Shown here one piece after another: positions 52,420-62,838 of a stretch of 64,000 nt of DNA. Numbering within the stretch: position 1 is the stretch's first letter; every line of letters begins with the position of its first letter. The notes beneath the pieces are model-generated. The model searched no databases. It was not told the origin of the DNA and saw nothing but the letters and a program-made list of their open reading frames with translations. The stretch is from a bacterium (lineage in GTDB: Bacteria > Cyanobacteriota > Vampirovibrionia > Gastranaerophilales > JBAXKC01): the NCBI GenBank assembly GCA_037137535.1, contig JBAXKC010000003.1:1-64000 (forward strand), written 5' to 3'. The position numbers were made by a program, and so were the translations under genes.

Positions 52420-53862
52420 CTATGCTTCTAAAATTCTAGCAATACGCTTTTGAATTCTATCTTTTCCTAATACAGAAATAACAACACCCATATCAGCCCC
52501 TTTAGTTCTGCCGGTTAAACCTGCTCTTAAAGGCATCATTATTTGTTTTGGCTTTAATCCTGTTATGGATTTTCTGAATTCTGCCAGTTTATCGTGAAGT
52601 TCGTCCATGTCTTCATAATTAAGACTTTCGCAAAACTTTGAAAATGCTGAAAGAACTGTTTTAGCTTCATCTGTTGATAAAATTTCTTTTATTTCTTCAG
52701 CCAGTTCCATCTTTTCTTCAAAGAAATAACTTACCGCATCAGTAACTTCACTTAGTTTGACAAGTGGCTCTCTTACCGCTGCAATTATGCTCTCAAGCTG
52801 TTTGTCCGTATATTGTGAAAGATCATAGTCATTAAGGTATTTTTTGCATCTTTCTGTAATGTCACTAATAGGGAAATTCCTTATATAAATGCCGTTCATC
52901 CAGTTTAATTTATCAAATTCAAATATAGCAGGGCTTGAAGACACTCTTTCAAGACTAAAAGCTTCTACTAGTTCGTTAAGTGGTTTAACTTCTTCGCCAT
53001 CAGCAGGTGACCAGCCTAAGAGAGATAAGAAATTCACAAAAGCTTCAGGTAAATAACCCTGTTCGATAAATTCACTTACCGCAGTAGCTCCGTGTCTTTT
53101 TGATAATTTTGTTCTGTCAGGTGCTAAAATCATTCCTACATGTGCAAATTGAGGAATTGGTTCACCTAATGCTTCATATATTAACAATTGTCTAGGTGTA
53201 TTAGAAATATGGTCTTCTCCTCTTACAACGTGGGAAATTTTCATTTTTGAATCGTCAACTACAACAGCAAAGTTATAGGTAGGAGTTCCGTTTGATTTCA
53301 TTATTACAAAATCTCCAAGAAGATTTGTATCAAATTCAACTTCATTTCTGACAATATCTTTAAATTTCATAATTCTTGAAGGAACAGAAAATCTTATTGT
53401 AGGAATTCTTCCTTCAGCTTTAAATTGGTCAATAGCTTCTGCTGAATTATGTTTACATCTTCCTGAATAAACATAAGCTCTTTTTTCAGCGATTGCACTT
53501 TCTTTTTCTGCATCAAGCTCTTCTTGAGTGCAATAACAGTAATAAGCATGACCGGAGCTTAAAAGACGCTCTGCGTATGACTTGTACTCATCAAAGCACT
53601 CGGATTGTCTGTAAGGGCCATAAGGGCCACCGACATCAGGACCTTCATCCCAGTTAAGTCCCATTGCTTTCAAGCTGTCATAAATATTTTGTGTATATAT
53701 TTCATTCGATCTTTCAAGATCGGTATCTTCTATTCTTAAAATAAATTTACCATTATGTTTTTTAGCAAATAAATAGTTAAATAATGCTGTTCTTGCTGTT
53801 CCTACGTGTAAAAAACCCGAAGGGCTCGGTGCTATTCTTACTCTTATTGATTCACTGCTCAT
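52420..53862 (-). CDS. gltX: Glutamate--tRNA ligase
   Basis: RIAPSPSG.LHVG, RGEDH, KLSKR; ATG 53862 after AGGAG (ORF track 53952). Confidence 0.98.
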   Translation of the reverse strand: MSSESIRVRIAPSPSGFLHVGTARTALFNYLFAKKHNGKFILRIEDTDLERSNEIYTQNIYDSLKAMGLNWDEGPDVGGPYGPYRQSECFDEYKSYAERLLSSGHAYYCYCTQEELDAEKESAIAEKRAYVYSGRCKHNSAEAIDQFKAEGRIPTIRFSVPSRIMKFKDIVRNEVEFDTNLLGDFVIMKSNGTPTYNFAVVVDDSKMKISHVVRGEDHISNTPRQLLIYEALGEPIPQFAHVGMILAPDRTKLSKRHGATAVSEFIEQGYLPEAFVNFLSLLGWSPADGEEVKPLNELVEAFSLERVSSSPAIFEFDKLNWMNGIYIRNFPISDITERCKKYLNDYDLSQYTDKQLESIIAAVREPLVKLSEVTDAVSYFFEEKMELAEEIKEILSTDEAKTVLSAFSKFCESLNYEDMDELHDKLAEFRKSITGLKPKQIMMPLRAGLTGRTKGADMGVVISVLGKDRIQKRIARILEA

Positions 53863-54073
53863 AAAATTAACTCCTGACCGATATTTTAAAAAAATATTTT
53901 CTTTATCTTGATTATATTTGCATGTTGTAGTAAAAATTTCATGTAAATACATTGACAGTTCTTTAATTTTAGAACAAACTTATCTTATTGTAAAAATTAA
54001 TCTTTTCCATTGAATAATTTTCTTTAAGTGATATTATTTAGTAACAAAAATTAATGTTAAGCGAGGATTTATA

Positions 54074-54343
54074 ATGACAATCAATTTAGCGAGCAAACAA
54101 GAAGTAATCAGCGAACACAAAAGATCTGCTAACGATACCGGATCAGCTGAAGTACAAGTAGCACTACTTTCAACAAAAATTTCTGAATTAACAGAACACC
54201 TTAAAACTCATAAAAAAGATTTCTCAACAAGAAGAGGTCTTCTTATGATGGTTGGTAAAAGAAAAAGACTTCTTGCTTACCTTAAAAAAGAAGACATCGC
54301 AAGATATAGAACTTTAATCGAAAAACTTAAAATCAGAGGTTAA
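54074..54343 (+). CDS. rpsO: 30S ribosomal protein S15
   Basis: [29 protein letters not shown]. Confidence 0.98.
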   Translation: MTINLASKQEVISEHKRSANDTGSAEVQVALLSTKISELTEHLKTHKKDFSTRRGLLMMVGKRKRLLAYLKKEDIARYRTLIEKLKIRG

Positions 54344-54358
54344 TTCTATAAAAGATAT

Positions 54359-54393
54359 AAAAAGAGCAGAAAGTATAATTCTGCTCTTTTTTT
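54359..54393. terminator. Bidirectional terminator
   Basis: AAAAGAGCAGAA-AGTATAA-TTCTGCTCTTTT. Confidence 0.85.
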
Positions 54394-54397
54394 GTTG

Positions 54398-54538
54398 CTA
54401 AAAAGCATTAAAACTAAAGGGAGCTTTTGGATTTTTGTCTTGCCAAGTTATCAGATTATTAAGATTTACCTGGAAAATAATTGCCAAGTAAGTATATATC
54501 ACTAATAATCCCGTCAGCAAGAACTCTTTCCTGTTCAT
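54398..54538 (-). CDS. Small single-TM protein, 46 aa (absent from ORF track)
   Basis: MNRKEFLLTGLLVIYTYLAIIFQVNLNNLITWQDKNPKAPFSFNAF; AAGGGGG RBS; stop abuts terminator. Confidence 0.65.
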   Translation of the reverse strand: MNRKEFLLTGLLVIYTYLAIIFQVNLNNLITWQDKNPKAPFSFNAF

Positions 54539-54779
54539 ACTGCCCCCTTTAGCTTTATTTATAAAATAATTTTAACGTTTGATAATTGTTTTTACATTGA
54601 AATAATAGGCTAAATTAATTTTAGTAAAAAAGTATAATAGTTTTTTGCTAAAGCTTCTACTTATGGCTGTCGTTTAATTTATTGGTGTAGATGTTTATTT
54701 TAAAAGGTTTTTTTGCTTCATAATAACTTCTTTATAATAATTTTTATTTATATTTTTTTCTTATTGTCTTATTATATAA

Positions 54780-55787
54780 ATGCGAGCGAAAGACATGGCG
54801 GTTGAAAGCAAATTGATGCAAGAAAAATCTCAAGAGACCCTGGCTCTCCTTATCGATAAATTTAAAGTAGGACAAGGATTGAGCTTAGAGGAACAACTTG
54901 AACAGATCGGCGTGATTGAAAAATTGCAAAGAGAAGACGCTGTTTTGATACTTAACCACATCGTAAAACTTGAAAATGATCCTGTAGTTTTATACTCAAT
55001 TGTTAAAACTATCGGGAAATTTAACGATAAAAGCTCTGCGTGTCCACTTATTGATTTATTATTGTGGAAAGAAAACTGCGCAGAACTACTTAAAAGCTGT
55101 GAAAACTTTATTAAAGTAAGATGCCTTGTTGCAAAAGTTTTGGGCAATATAAAAAATCATAGTGCGGTTGTACCGTTACTTTATATTTTAAATAATAAAG
55201 ACGAAAATTATAAACTCAGGCTTGCTGCTGCCGATGCTTTAGGCATAATTGGCGACAGATTTGCAGTTGCTCCGCTTATTGATTTAGTTGTAGATGAAGA
55301 TGAAAAATCGGTCTATGTTAGAGAATCTGCGGCTAAGGCTTTAGGTATGATTGGTGATATGAGTGCAATTGACCCCCTTGTCAACCTTTTAGAGGCGAAA
55401 AAAGGAATTGTAGATAAATTTACATTTCTTAAAGAAAGAGCTATTGAAGCAATTGGCAGGCTTGGCTTTAAAGACGACAGAACGTTTAAGGTTCTTACAC
55501 ATTCCCTTATGGATGAATCTTCTCAGGTTAGAATAAACGCTATTGAGGCATTATCTGATTTAGACGATGAAAGAGTTCTGCCTTTAATTCAAAAAATGCT
55601 TTTTGACGAGGAAGAAGAGGTTGCAAGGACTGCTGTAATTGCTTTATACAATATTCTTGGAAGAGAATTTTTAGAAGAGCTTCTTCTGCGTGATGACGTT
55701 GCAGGATGGTGTAAAGACGAGGCTGAAACCATTATTGAAGAAGATGAAGATGACGAAAATGATGAAGACGGTGAATCTAATGAATAA
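54780..55787 (+). CDS. HEAT-repeat (PBS lyase-like) protein with acidic tail
   Basis: Repeated VR..AA.ALG.IGD..A..PL; alternative start 54795. Confidence 0.9.
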   Translation: MRAKDMAVESKLMQEKSQETLALLIDKFKVGQGLSLEEQLEQIGVIEKLQREDAVLILNHIVKLENDPVVLYSIVKTIGKFNDKSSACPLIDLLLWKENCAELLKSCENFIKVRCLVAKVLGNIKNHSAVVPLLYILNNKDENYKLRLAAADALGIIGDRFAVAPLIDLVVDEDEKSVYVRESAAKALGMIGDMSAIDPLVNLLEAKKGIVDKFTFLKERAIEAIGRLGFKDDRTFKVLTHSLMDESSQVRINAIEALSDLDDERVLPLIQKMLFDEEEEVARTAVIALYNILGREFLEELLLRDDVAGWCKDEAETIIEEDEDDENDEDGESNE

Positions 55788-56469
55788 ATCAATCGTTTTA
55801 TTATCAGGCGGATTGGATTCAGTTGTGAGTCTTGCTTTCGCTAAAGAAGAATATAATGTTCAGCTTGCTATAACTTTTGATTACGGTCAAAGGGCAAAAA
55901 CTCAAGAAATTACAGCTGCGGCTAAAATTGCGGAATATTACGGTATTGAGCATAAAGTTATTGATGTTGAGTGGTTGGCGCAAATTACTAAAACCTCTCT
56001 TGTTAATACAAATAATGATTTACCAAATCCTGAAACAGAGGATTTAGATGATTTTAACGCTTCAACTCAAACAGCGAAAAAAGTTTGGGTGCCTAATAGA
56101 AATGGTTTGTTTCTTAATATTGCGGCAAGTTTTGCTGATAGTTTCGGTTATACTCATATAATATTCGGGGCTAATAGAGAGGAAGCTGTTACTTTTTCTG
56201 ATAATTCTGCGGAATTTATAGAGAAAATTAATAAATCTCTTGAATTTTCAACGCTTGTTAATCCAAAAGTTTTTGCTCCGCTTATCGATAAAGATAAAGA
56301 AGAAATAGTAAAAGTAGGCTTAGATCTTAAAGTGCCTTTAGCTTTTATCAGAAGTTGTTATACCGATAATGAAAAACATTGCGGTAAATGTGAATCTTGT
56401 ATGAGATTAAAAAGAGCGTTAATTAAGCTTTCGAATGAAAATCTTATAAAAAACCTATTTCAGGGTTAG
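55780..56469 (+). CDS. queC: 7-cyano-7-deazaguanine synthase
   Basis: LLSGGLDS, FDYGQR, WVPNRN, SCY...HCGKCESC; ATG 55780. Confidence 0.95.
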   Translation: MNKSIVLLSGGLDSVVSLAFAKEEYNVQLAITFDYGQRAKTQEITAAAKIAEYYGIEHKVIDVEWLAQITKTSLVNTNNDLPNPETEDLDDFNASTQTAKKVWVPNRNGLFLNIAASFADSFGYTHIIFGANREEAVTFSDNSAEFIEKINKSLEFSTLVNPKVFAPLIDKDKEEIVKVGLDLKVPLAFIRSCYTDNEKHCGKCESCMRLKRALIKLSNENLIKNLFQG

Positions 56470-56478
56470 GATAAAAAT

Positions 56479-57045
56479 ATGCATGTAAAATTTATTGATA
56501 AAGAAATATGTTATACAGGGGAAGAGCTTTCTTCTCATTGGATATACACAAATTTTAATCTTCTGGGAGATGCAATTGTTGCTTTTGAAGGTGAGTGTAT
56601 TGTCAAGCTCGACAATATGGTAGACCTGGCTGACGTATTGTCTGAAAGTCCCATATATAGTAAAAAAATGGTACACGTGATAGTGGAACATTTTAATATT
56701 TCGCTTATAGAGGGGATTTTAAGACAAAGACTGCTTATTAATATTGCCAGAGATGTAATAGGCTCAGCAAAAAAAGATGATATTAAGATTATACGAGATG
56801 GAGATGATTTATTTTATAATGATGGAAAATTGTCTGTATCAATCGCAACAAAGTCACCAACTTCAGTTTTAATTCATCTTGGTTTGAATATAATATCAGA
56901 AGGAGCACCTGTTAAGGCAGCAGGTTTAAAATCTGATATGAATATAGAGGATACAAAAACTATTGCTAGTGATATAATTAAGTATTATGCCCTTGAACAT
57001 GAAGAGATAATAAAGGCTTCCTGTAAAGTTAGAGGAGTGATGTAA
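56479..57045 (+). CDS. DUF366 family protein (lipoate-ligase-like fold)
   Basis: YTG..L..HW, GD.IVAF.G.C.V, MVD..D, H.IVEHF, RQRLL, R.GDDL, KLSVSIAT. Confidence 0.85.
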   Translation: MHVKFIDKEICYTGEELSSHWIYTNFNLLGDAIVAFEGECIVKLDNMVDLADVLSESPIYSKKMVHVIVEHFNISLIEGILRQRLLINIARDVIGSAKKDDIKIIRDGDDLFYNDGKLSVSIATKSPTSVLIHLGLNIISEGAPVKAAGLKSDMNIEDTKTIASDIIKYYALEHEEIIKASCKVRGVM

Positions 57046-57049
57046 ATAA

Positions 57050-57646
57050 ATGAACGCAAATAATTGTAAAGTCAGAGAAATAGGCCCTAATCCTAATAGA
57101 AAACCAAAACTTAGAAAGAAACCCGATAAAAATCGTTTAATATTTATATTTGCCGGTACTTTTATCGCTTTTTTCCTTGTTTTTAGTGTTGTTGCTTCAA
57201 TGATGACGCCTAAAATCAATATTTCCGGTCAATCTAATGTTGATGAAGAATCTTTAACTCAAATGTCAAGCGATGACTTTAAAGGCAGAGTTGATCAGAG
57301 TTTAAAAGATATTGAAGCAAGAGAATCAAGCGGTGGCTATGATATATCCTCAAGAAGAACGGCTACAAGTGCTAAAACGGCTACTGCTTCTCAACAAGCT
57401 AATACAGTTAAGCAATCAGTAACGGATCCTGCACTTTCTCAGGAACAGCAAATGGTTAATGATTCATCAGCAACAGAATCAATGATGCCTTCTGATTCTC
57501 AGCAGCCTGCTGTAACTCCTGTAAAAAGAATTAATGCTGCTTCACAGATTCAACAGGCACCTCCTAAGCCATCAACTCCGCTTGTTCTTAGAGATAAAAT
57601 CAGACAATCTTCTCCTGATACAGGAACAACCGATCCTAATCAATAA
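57050..57646 (+). CDS. Bitopic membrane protein with disordered S/T/Q/P-rich domain
   Basis: Basic N-terminus, one TM helix, low-complexity tail. Confidence 0.75.
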   Translation: MNANNCKVREIGPNPNRKPKLRKKPDKNRLIFIFAGTFIAFFLVFSVVASMMTPKINISGQSNVDEESLTQMSSDDFKGRVDQSLKDIEARESSGGYDISSRRTATSAKTATASQQANTVKQSVTDPALSQEQQMVNDSSATESMMPSDSQQPAVTPVKRINAASQIQQAPPKPSTPLVLRDKIRQSSPDTGTTDPNQ

Positions 57647-57661
57647 AACGGTGAAATACAT

Positions 57662-57699
57662 AAAATAAAAACGTCATTAGAAAATGACGTTTTTATTTT
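57662..57699. terminator. Bidirectional terminator
   Basis: AAAATAAAAACGTCATT-AGAA-AATGACGTTTTTATTTT. Confidence 0.85.
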
Positions 57700-58574
57700 T
57701 AAACTATAATGATACCGTTTTTTATTGATTTTGCTTTAAAACATTCGTTTTCAGCAAATAAATCTTCTATAATAATGTCCTTATTGTATATTCCAAAGAC
57801 AGTAGGTCCACTGCCTGACATAATTGCATTCAGGCAACGTTCCTTTAATAAGGCTTTTAACGATTTGATTTGTGTATATGCAGGTAATATAGCATCTTCA
57901 AGGTGATTTAAAAGTAGTTTTGATATATCTTCACTTGAGTTAGCATTTATTGATTCCAGCATAGATTCTGGGGATAAATATTTAGGCTTTTCGGGTATTT
58001 CAGCATATCGGACATATGCTTCTTTTGCTGAAATAAAAAGATCTTTAGGTTTTACTACCGCTATATTAAGATCAGGAGTGTTGATTTTTTCTAAAATTTC
58101 ACCTCGTGAGGTTGCTCTTTGTGTTCCTCCATCTAAACAAAAATTTATATCAGAACCCATTGAGGAAGCTAGTTTATGCAAATCAGTTTCGCTTAAAATA
58201 TCATTAAATAAAGAGTTTAAGCCTTTTAAGACTCCTGCTGCATTTGAACTTCCCCCTGCAAGCCCTGCGGCTACTGGAATATTTTTTTTTATGCTTATGT
58301 TGATTTTGCAAGAATTTATTTTGGCTTGTTCTAAAAACTTATTTGCCGCAATCCAACATAAATTTGTATTATCGTAAGGAATAAGTTTACTCTTACCTGA
58401 AAGCTCGATAATATTATCTTTTGAGATATTATCAGAAACCGTAATTTCAAGTTCATCAAAAATATTTATAGCCTGCATTATGCTGTCTATTTCATGAAAA
58501 CTGTCATCGCGTTTTTTGATTATTTCTAATGACAGATTGATTTTTGCGGGTGTTTTTACTTTAATCTTTTTCAT
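57699..58574 (-). CDS. ispE: CDP-ME kinase
   Basis: PAKINLSL, KNIPVAAGLAGGSS, MSGSGPTVF. Confidence 0.97.
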   Translation of the reverse strand: MKKIKVKTPAKINLSLEIIKKRDDSFHEIDSIMQAINIFDELEITVSDNISKDNIIELSGKSKLIPYDNTNLCWIAANKFLEQAKINSCKINISIKKNIPVAAGLAGGSSNAAGVLKGLNSLFNDILSETDLHKLASSMGSDINFCLDGGTQRATSRGEILEKINTPDLNIAVVKPKDLFISAKEAYVRYAEIPEKPKYLSPESMLESINANSSEDISKLLLNHLEDAILPAYTQIKSLKALLKERCLNAIMSGSGPTVFGIYNKDIIIEDLFAENECFKAKSIKNGIIIV

Positions 58575-59436
58575 TTGCAGTCAATTTGTCCATATTATCG
58601 GCTAATAGTGCAAATTCTTCCAATGTTAGCGTTTCACCTCTGCGAGAAGCATCAATTCCTGTTTGCTTTAAGGCTTTGGTAATTAATTCTTGCGAAAAAC
58701 CTTTTAACCCTAAAGCATTTTTAATGGTTTTTCTTCTTGCGTTGAAACAAGCATGAACAATTCTTCTTAAAAGTTTTGCATTATTTGTATTGACAGAAGG
58801 AGTTTGTCTGATTTTCAGTCTTACCACCGCAGAATCAACTTTTGGTGCAGGATAAAAACTTCTTGCTCCTACTTTTGTAATTATCTCGGTATCTGCCCAG
58901 AAATTAGAAAGAACTGAGATAGAGCCGTATTCTTTTGATTTATTGTCTCTGTTTGCCGTAATGCGTTTTGCTACTTCGTATTGAACCATTAAAATGATTT
59001 CTTCAATACATTCTCTGTTTTTATGGTTATATTCATCAATTTCACCGAGTAAATGCACTAAAATCGGTGTTGTTATGTAATAAGGTATATTAGCTATAAC
59101 TTTAAGCTTTTGTGCATGATCTTTTGATATTTGAGAAACATCTGTTTTTAAAATATCACCTTCAATTATTTCAAGGTTTTCAATGTTTAATTTGTTGAGT
59201 TCCTTTATTGCATCTGTATCCAGCTCAACAGCAACAACTTTTTTAGCTAATTTAGCCGCTTTTTCTGTTACAAAGCCCAGCCCTGGGCCTATTTCCATAA
59301 TAATATCTTCTGAAGATATTTTTGCTGCTTCAATAATTCTGTCTATGGCTGTTCCATCTACAAGAAAATTTTGTCCTAATCGTTTTTTTGCCTTAAATTT
59401 TCTGGCTCTTTCAAAATAGTTCAACTTATTCACCAA
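58561..59436 (-). CDS. rsmA: 16S rRNA m6,2A dimethyltransferase
   Basis: LGQNFL, EIGPGLG, ANIPYYIT, PAPKVDS. Confidence 0.97.
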   Translation of the reverse strand: MVNKLNYFERARKFKAKKRLGQNFLVDGTAIDRIIEAAKISSEDIIMEIGPGLGFVTEKAAKLAKKVVAVELDTDAIKELNKLNIENLEIIEGDILKTDVSQISKDHAQKLKVIANIPYYITTPILVHLLGEIDEYNHKNRECIEEIILMVQYEVAKRITANRDNKSKEYGSISVLSNFWADTEIITKVGARSFYPAPKVDSAVVRLKIRQTPSVNTNNAKLLRRIVHACFNARRKTIKNALGLKGFSQELITKALKQTGIDASRRGETLTLEEFALLADNMDKLTANEKD

Positions 59437-59511
59437 CTATGTAATATACAGTCCTGTTTAATAGTAATATAACTTTTTTATGTTAAACTACGATATGAGG
59501 TTAGGGTCATT

Positions 59512-60921
59512 ATGTCTTTAATCAGCTTACTACAAAGAAAATCGGAAACAAAGATGCATAATCTTTATGATAAAAATATGTTAGCAAGTAAAGAGCTTTT
59601 TATAAAATATCTTCTTAGCGGATGTAAAGAAGAAAAATACTTTGAAACTGGCTTGGAATTTGAAAAAATACCGGTTTCCTCTGATGATTTTAGAGCTGCT
59701 TCATATTATGGAGAAAATGGCATAAGAGAGTTCCTCATAAGTTTAAAGCAAAAATTTGGCTGGGATTATATTTGTGAAGAAGATAATCCTATAGGTTTAG
59801 ACACTCCTTTTGGTTCGATAACACTTGAGCCGGGTAGTCAGGTAGAACTTAGCAGTATTCCTCAAAAAACAGTACATGACCTTAAAAAAGTGACAACTCA
59901 TTATAATACTATAACCGCTGAAATTGCGGAAATATACGGTATAAACTTTCTTGGCTATGGTATTCAACCTATAACTACTAACCTTGATATAAAAATAATT
60001 CCTAAAGCTCGATACGATATTATGACTGAATATTTACCCACAAAAGCAAATTTGCCTTTTGTAATGATGAGAGAAACAGCAGGTATTCAGACAGTCTTAG
60101 ATTATTCTTCCGAGCAGGATTGTATAGAAAAACTTAGAACAATTTTAATGCTTACTCCTTTTGTTACGGCTATGTTTGCTAATTCTCCCATAAGAAATGG
60201 AGCTGATACCGGATATAAGTCATATAGGGCTTATGCTTGGTTACATACGGACGAAGACAGATGTGGATTAATCAGCAGAAAAATATTTGATAATAAGGGA
60301 AAAGACTTTTCTTTCTCAGAATATGCTGATATTATATTTAATTTGCCTATGATCTTTCTGCATAAGGGCGGTAAATGGCATAATATGAAAGGTCGTAGCT
60401 TTAACGACTATATGACTACGGGAATAAACAGTTTTGAAGTAACTATGGATGATTTAATGCTTCATTTATCTTCCTTCTTCCCTGATGTCAGATTAAAGCA
60501 TTATCTTGAAATAAGAAATAATGATTGCCAGACGTTAGATTATTTATATGCAATTCCTGCCCTCTGGAAAGGAATTATATATTCAGCAGAAGCAAGAGCT
60601 TCTATTGATAATTTATTTGAGGGTTTAACTTTTGAAGATTTTAATTATTTAAGAGCGAATGTTCCAAAAGATGGTCTTCAAACAGAAATAAAAGGCAGAA
60701 AAGTAGAGGATTATGCAAAAGAAATAATTTCTATTGCGGAACTCTCTTTAAATAAAATGAATAATAGAGATGAAGATAATAATTCTGAAGCAATTTATCT
60801 TCAAAATATAAAAGAATTAGTGCATAATGGTATGTGTCCAGCCGATGTGATTTTAAAAAATTGGTACGGCAATTGGAACAAAGATGTATCAAAACTTATA
60901 AATTATACAAAGATAAATTGA
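59512..60921 (+). CDS. gshA: Glutamate--cysteine ligase (GCS2, plant/alphaproteobacterial type)
   Basis: GLEFEK, TLEPG.Q.ELS, PKARY.IM, FANSP, FPDVRLK.YLEIR. Confidence 0.88.
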   Translation: MSLISLLQRKSETKMHNLYDKNMLASKELFIKYLLSGCKEEKYFETGLEFEKIPVSSDDFRAASYYGENGIREFLISLKQKFGWDYICEEDNPIGLDTPFGSITLEPGSQVELSSIPQKTVHDLKKVTTHYNTITAEIAEIYGINFLGYGIQPITTNLDIKIIPKARYDIMTEYLPTKANLPFVMMRETAGIQTVLDYSSEQDCIEKLRTILMLTPFVTAMFANSPIRNGADTGYKSYRAYAWLHTDEDRCGLISRKIFDNKGKDFSFSEYADIIFNLPMIFLHKGGKWHNMKGRSFNDYMTTGINSFEVTMDDLMLHLSSFFPDVRLKHYLEIRNNDCQTLDYLYAIPALWKGIIYSAEARASIDNLFEGLTFEDFNYLRANVPKDGLQTEIKGRKVEDYAKEIISIAELSLNKMNNRDEDNNSEAIYLQNIKELVHNGMCPADVILKNWYGNWNKDVSKLINYTKIN

Positions 60922-60928
60922 ATTTAAT

Positions 60929-61936
60929 ATGATAATTTCGCCTGAATCAATAATTACACAAATTTTATCCGTTCAAGATGTTGCCAGACTTGAGGCAATA
61001 GAATCGCAAGATAAAGTTCTTTTTGAGCAGTTTTCTGAATTTCATAATATTCAGGTTGTTACGAATGATTGCGGTAAATTTTTAAAATTTGATGATAGTT
61101 ATCAGTCGGGAAAAATTGATTCGCCTTTATACTCGGGGAATTTACCTTATATAAATTACTTTTTTCTTTCTCTTTTGTTTAATTCGGAGATAAAAAATAT
61201 TTTATTTCTTGGAATGGGGGCTTCCTATGTAATTAAAGATTTTTTGCAGATTTGTAAGGCTGTAAAAAATATTGATATTGTTGAAATTGACCCTTTAATT
61301 CCTCATATTGCCAAAGAATATTTTGATTTTGAAGAAAAAAAACCTGTAAAAGTTCATATTCAAGATGCAAGAGTTTTTGTAAGAAACAGTAAGCAGAAAT
61401 ATGATCTTATTATTTGTGATATTTTTTCTTCTGAAGGTATGCCTTTCAGGTTTATGACTGCTGAGTTTTTTGAAGAAATAAAAAATATTCTTTCAGATAA
61501 AGGGGTATTTTGTGCAAATGTATTTAGTAATGTTGAAATAAACTCTCCATTAAATATATTTTTTAAGTCTTTATATAAAACCTGTAATTCGGTGTTTAAA
61601 AATACGAATATTTTCCCGACAATCTACGGAAATATGCAAATGTATCGTCAGGTTTTAGGGCTTAAGGATGAACTTACCGACCTTACAAATACAATTCTTA
61701 TTTCTCAAAATAATGCATCGAAACTTTATAAAACCGATATTGAGGACAAAGTTGAAGAATTACAAAGAAATGTTAATTTATCGGCATTAAAAGACTTAAA
61801 AAATTATGCAACTGATTATTGTGATTATAAAATTAGTTTAGACACTATAAAAATTTTAAGGGATAATTTTATAGAAGATAAGGATTTTACCCTTGAAACT
61901 ATGTCAAAATATTTATTAATAAACGAAGACATATAA
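60929..61936 (+). CDS. Spermidine-synthase-like SAM-binding protein
   Basis: ILFLGMGA, VEIDP, DARVFV, YDLIICDIF, EFF. Confidence 0.8.
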   Translation: MIISPESIITQILSVQDVARLEAIESQDKVLFEQFSEFHNIQVVTNDCGKFLKFDDSYQSGKIDSPLYSGNLPYINYFFLSLLFNSEIKNILFLGMGASYVIKDFLQICKAVKNIDIVEIDPLIPHIAKEYFDFEEKKPVKVHIQDARVFVRNSKQKYDLIICDIFSSEGMPFRFMTAEFFEEIKNILSDKGVFCANVFSNVEINSPLNIFFKSLYKTCNSVFKNTNIFPTIYGNMQMYRQVLGLKDELTDLTNTILISQNNASKLYKTDIEDKVEELQRNVNLSALKDLKNYATDYCDYKISLDTIKILRDNFIEDKDFTLETMSKYLLINEDI

Positions 61937-62057
61937 TAGAATCTTTATAGTGCAACTTATTAAGGGATTTAATTATCAATCTTTAGGTTGATGAATATTT
62001 TAATAAGCAAATCAATAATATTAATAGAATAAACGCTCTTGGGAGAGTTGGAATAGA

Positions 62058-62822
62058 ATGAAAAAGATATATATAATTCTGGCGTTTTTATTGGGATTGG
62101 GCTTGGTGTTTTTAACAGAACCTTCTTTTGCTCAGGCTTATTTACCTTCTGTTCAGTTTAATGCATCGATGGGAGCAGCTAAAAACCCTCAAGAATTTTC
62201 GCAGGGAATACAAATCCTTATTTTAATGACTATATTATCGCTTGCACCCAGTATTCTTGTTATGTCTACTGCCTTTATTCGTATTGCGATAGTTCTATCA
62301 TTGGTAAGACAAGCTGTTGGTACTGCACAGCTTCCTCCAAACCAGGTTATTATGAGTTTAGCGTTAATTTTAACATTCTTTGTAATGTCTCCGACTTTCA
62401 ACCAGATTAATGAAAAAGCGTTAAAGCCATATATGAATAATCAAATAAATCAGCAAGCAGCCCTTACACTCGGGATGGAACCTTTAAGGCAATTTATGTT
62501 CCGTCAGACAAATCAGAGCGATTTGGCCTTGTTTGTTCAGATGGCAAAAATTCATAAACCAAAATCCACAGGGGATGTGCCAACTTATGTTTTAATGCCT
62601 GCTTTTGTAATAAGCGAGCTTAAAACAGCTTTTAAAATCGGCTTTATGATATTTTTACCGTTTTTGGTTATAGATATAGTTATATCAAGTATTCTGGTAT
62701 CCATGGGGATGATGTTTTTGCCACCCGCAATGATTTCTATGCCATTTAAAATAATACTTTTCGTATTGATTGACGGTTGGCATTTAATTGCTAAATCACT
62801 TGTAGAAGGCTTTATAATGTAA
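62058..62822 (+). CDS. fliP: Flagellar export gate protein FliP
   Basis: F.RI.IVL, PPNQV, PAF..SELK.AF.IGF, PFKI.LFVL.DGW. Confidence 0.97.
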   Translation: MKKIYIILAFLLGLGLVFLTEPSFAQAYLPSVQFNASMGAAKNPQEFSQGIQILILMTILSLAPSILVMSTAFIRIAIVLSLVRQAVGTAQLPPNQVIMSLALILTFFVMSPTFNQINEKALKPYMNNQINQQAALTLGMEPLRQFMFRQTNQSDLALFVQMAKIHKPKSTGDVPTYVLMPAFVISELKTAFKIGFMIFLPFLVIDIVISSILVSMGMMFLPPAMISMPFKIILFVLIDGWHLIAKSLVEGFIM

Positions 62823-62838
62823 CTTCGGGGAAAGATAA

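Noticed and set aside
53863-54073. T-box leader for gltX-cysS or S15 leader
   Set aside because: No T-box consensus (AAGGTGGTACC-like) or convincing hairpin; short AT-rich divergent promoter.
59461-59488. dif-like site (TTATGTTAAAC XerD-like arm)
   Set aside because: Left arm is a poor match and the spacer would be 5 rather than 6 bp; lies in a divergent promoter region.
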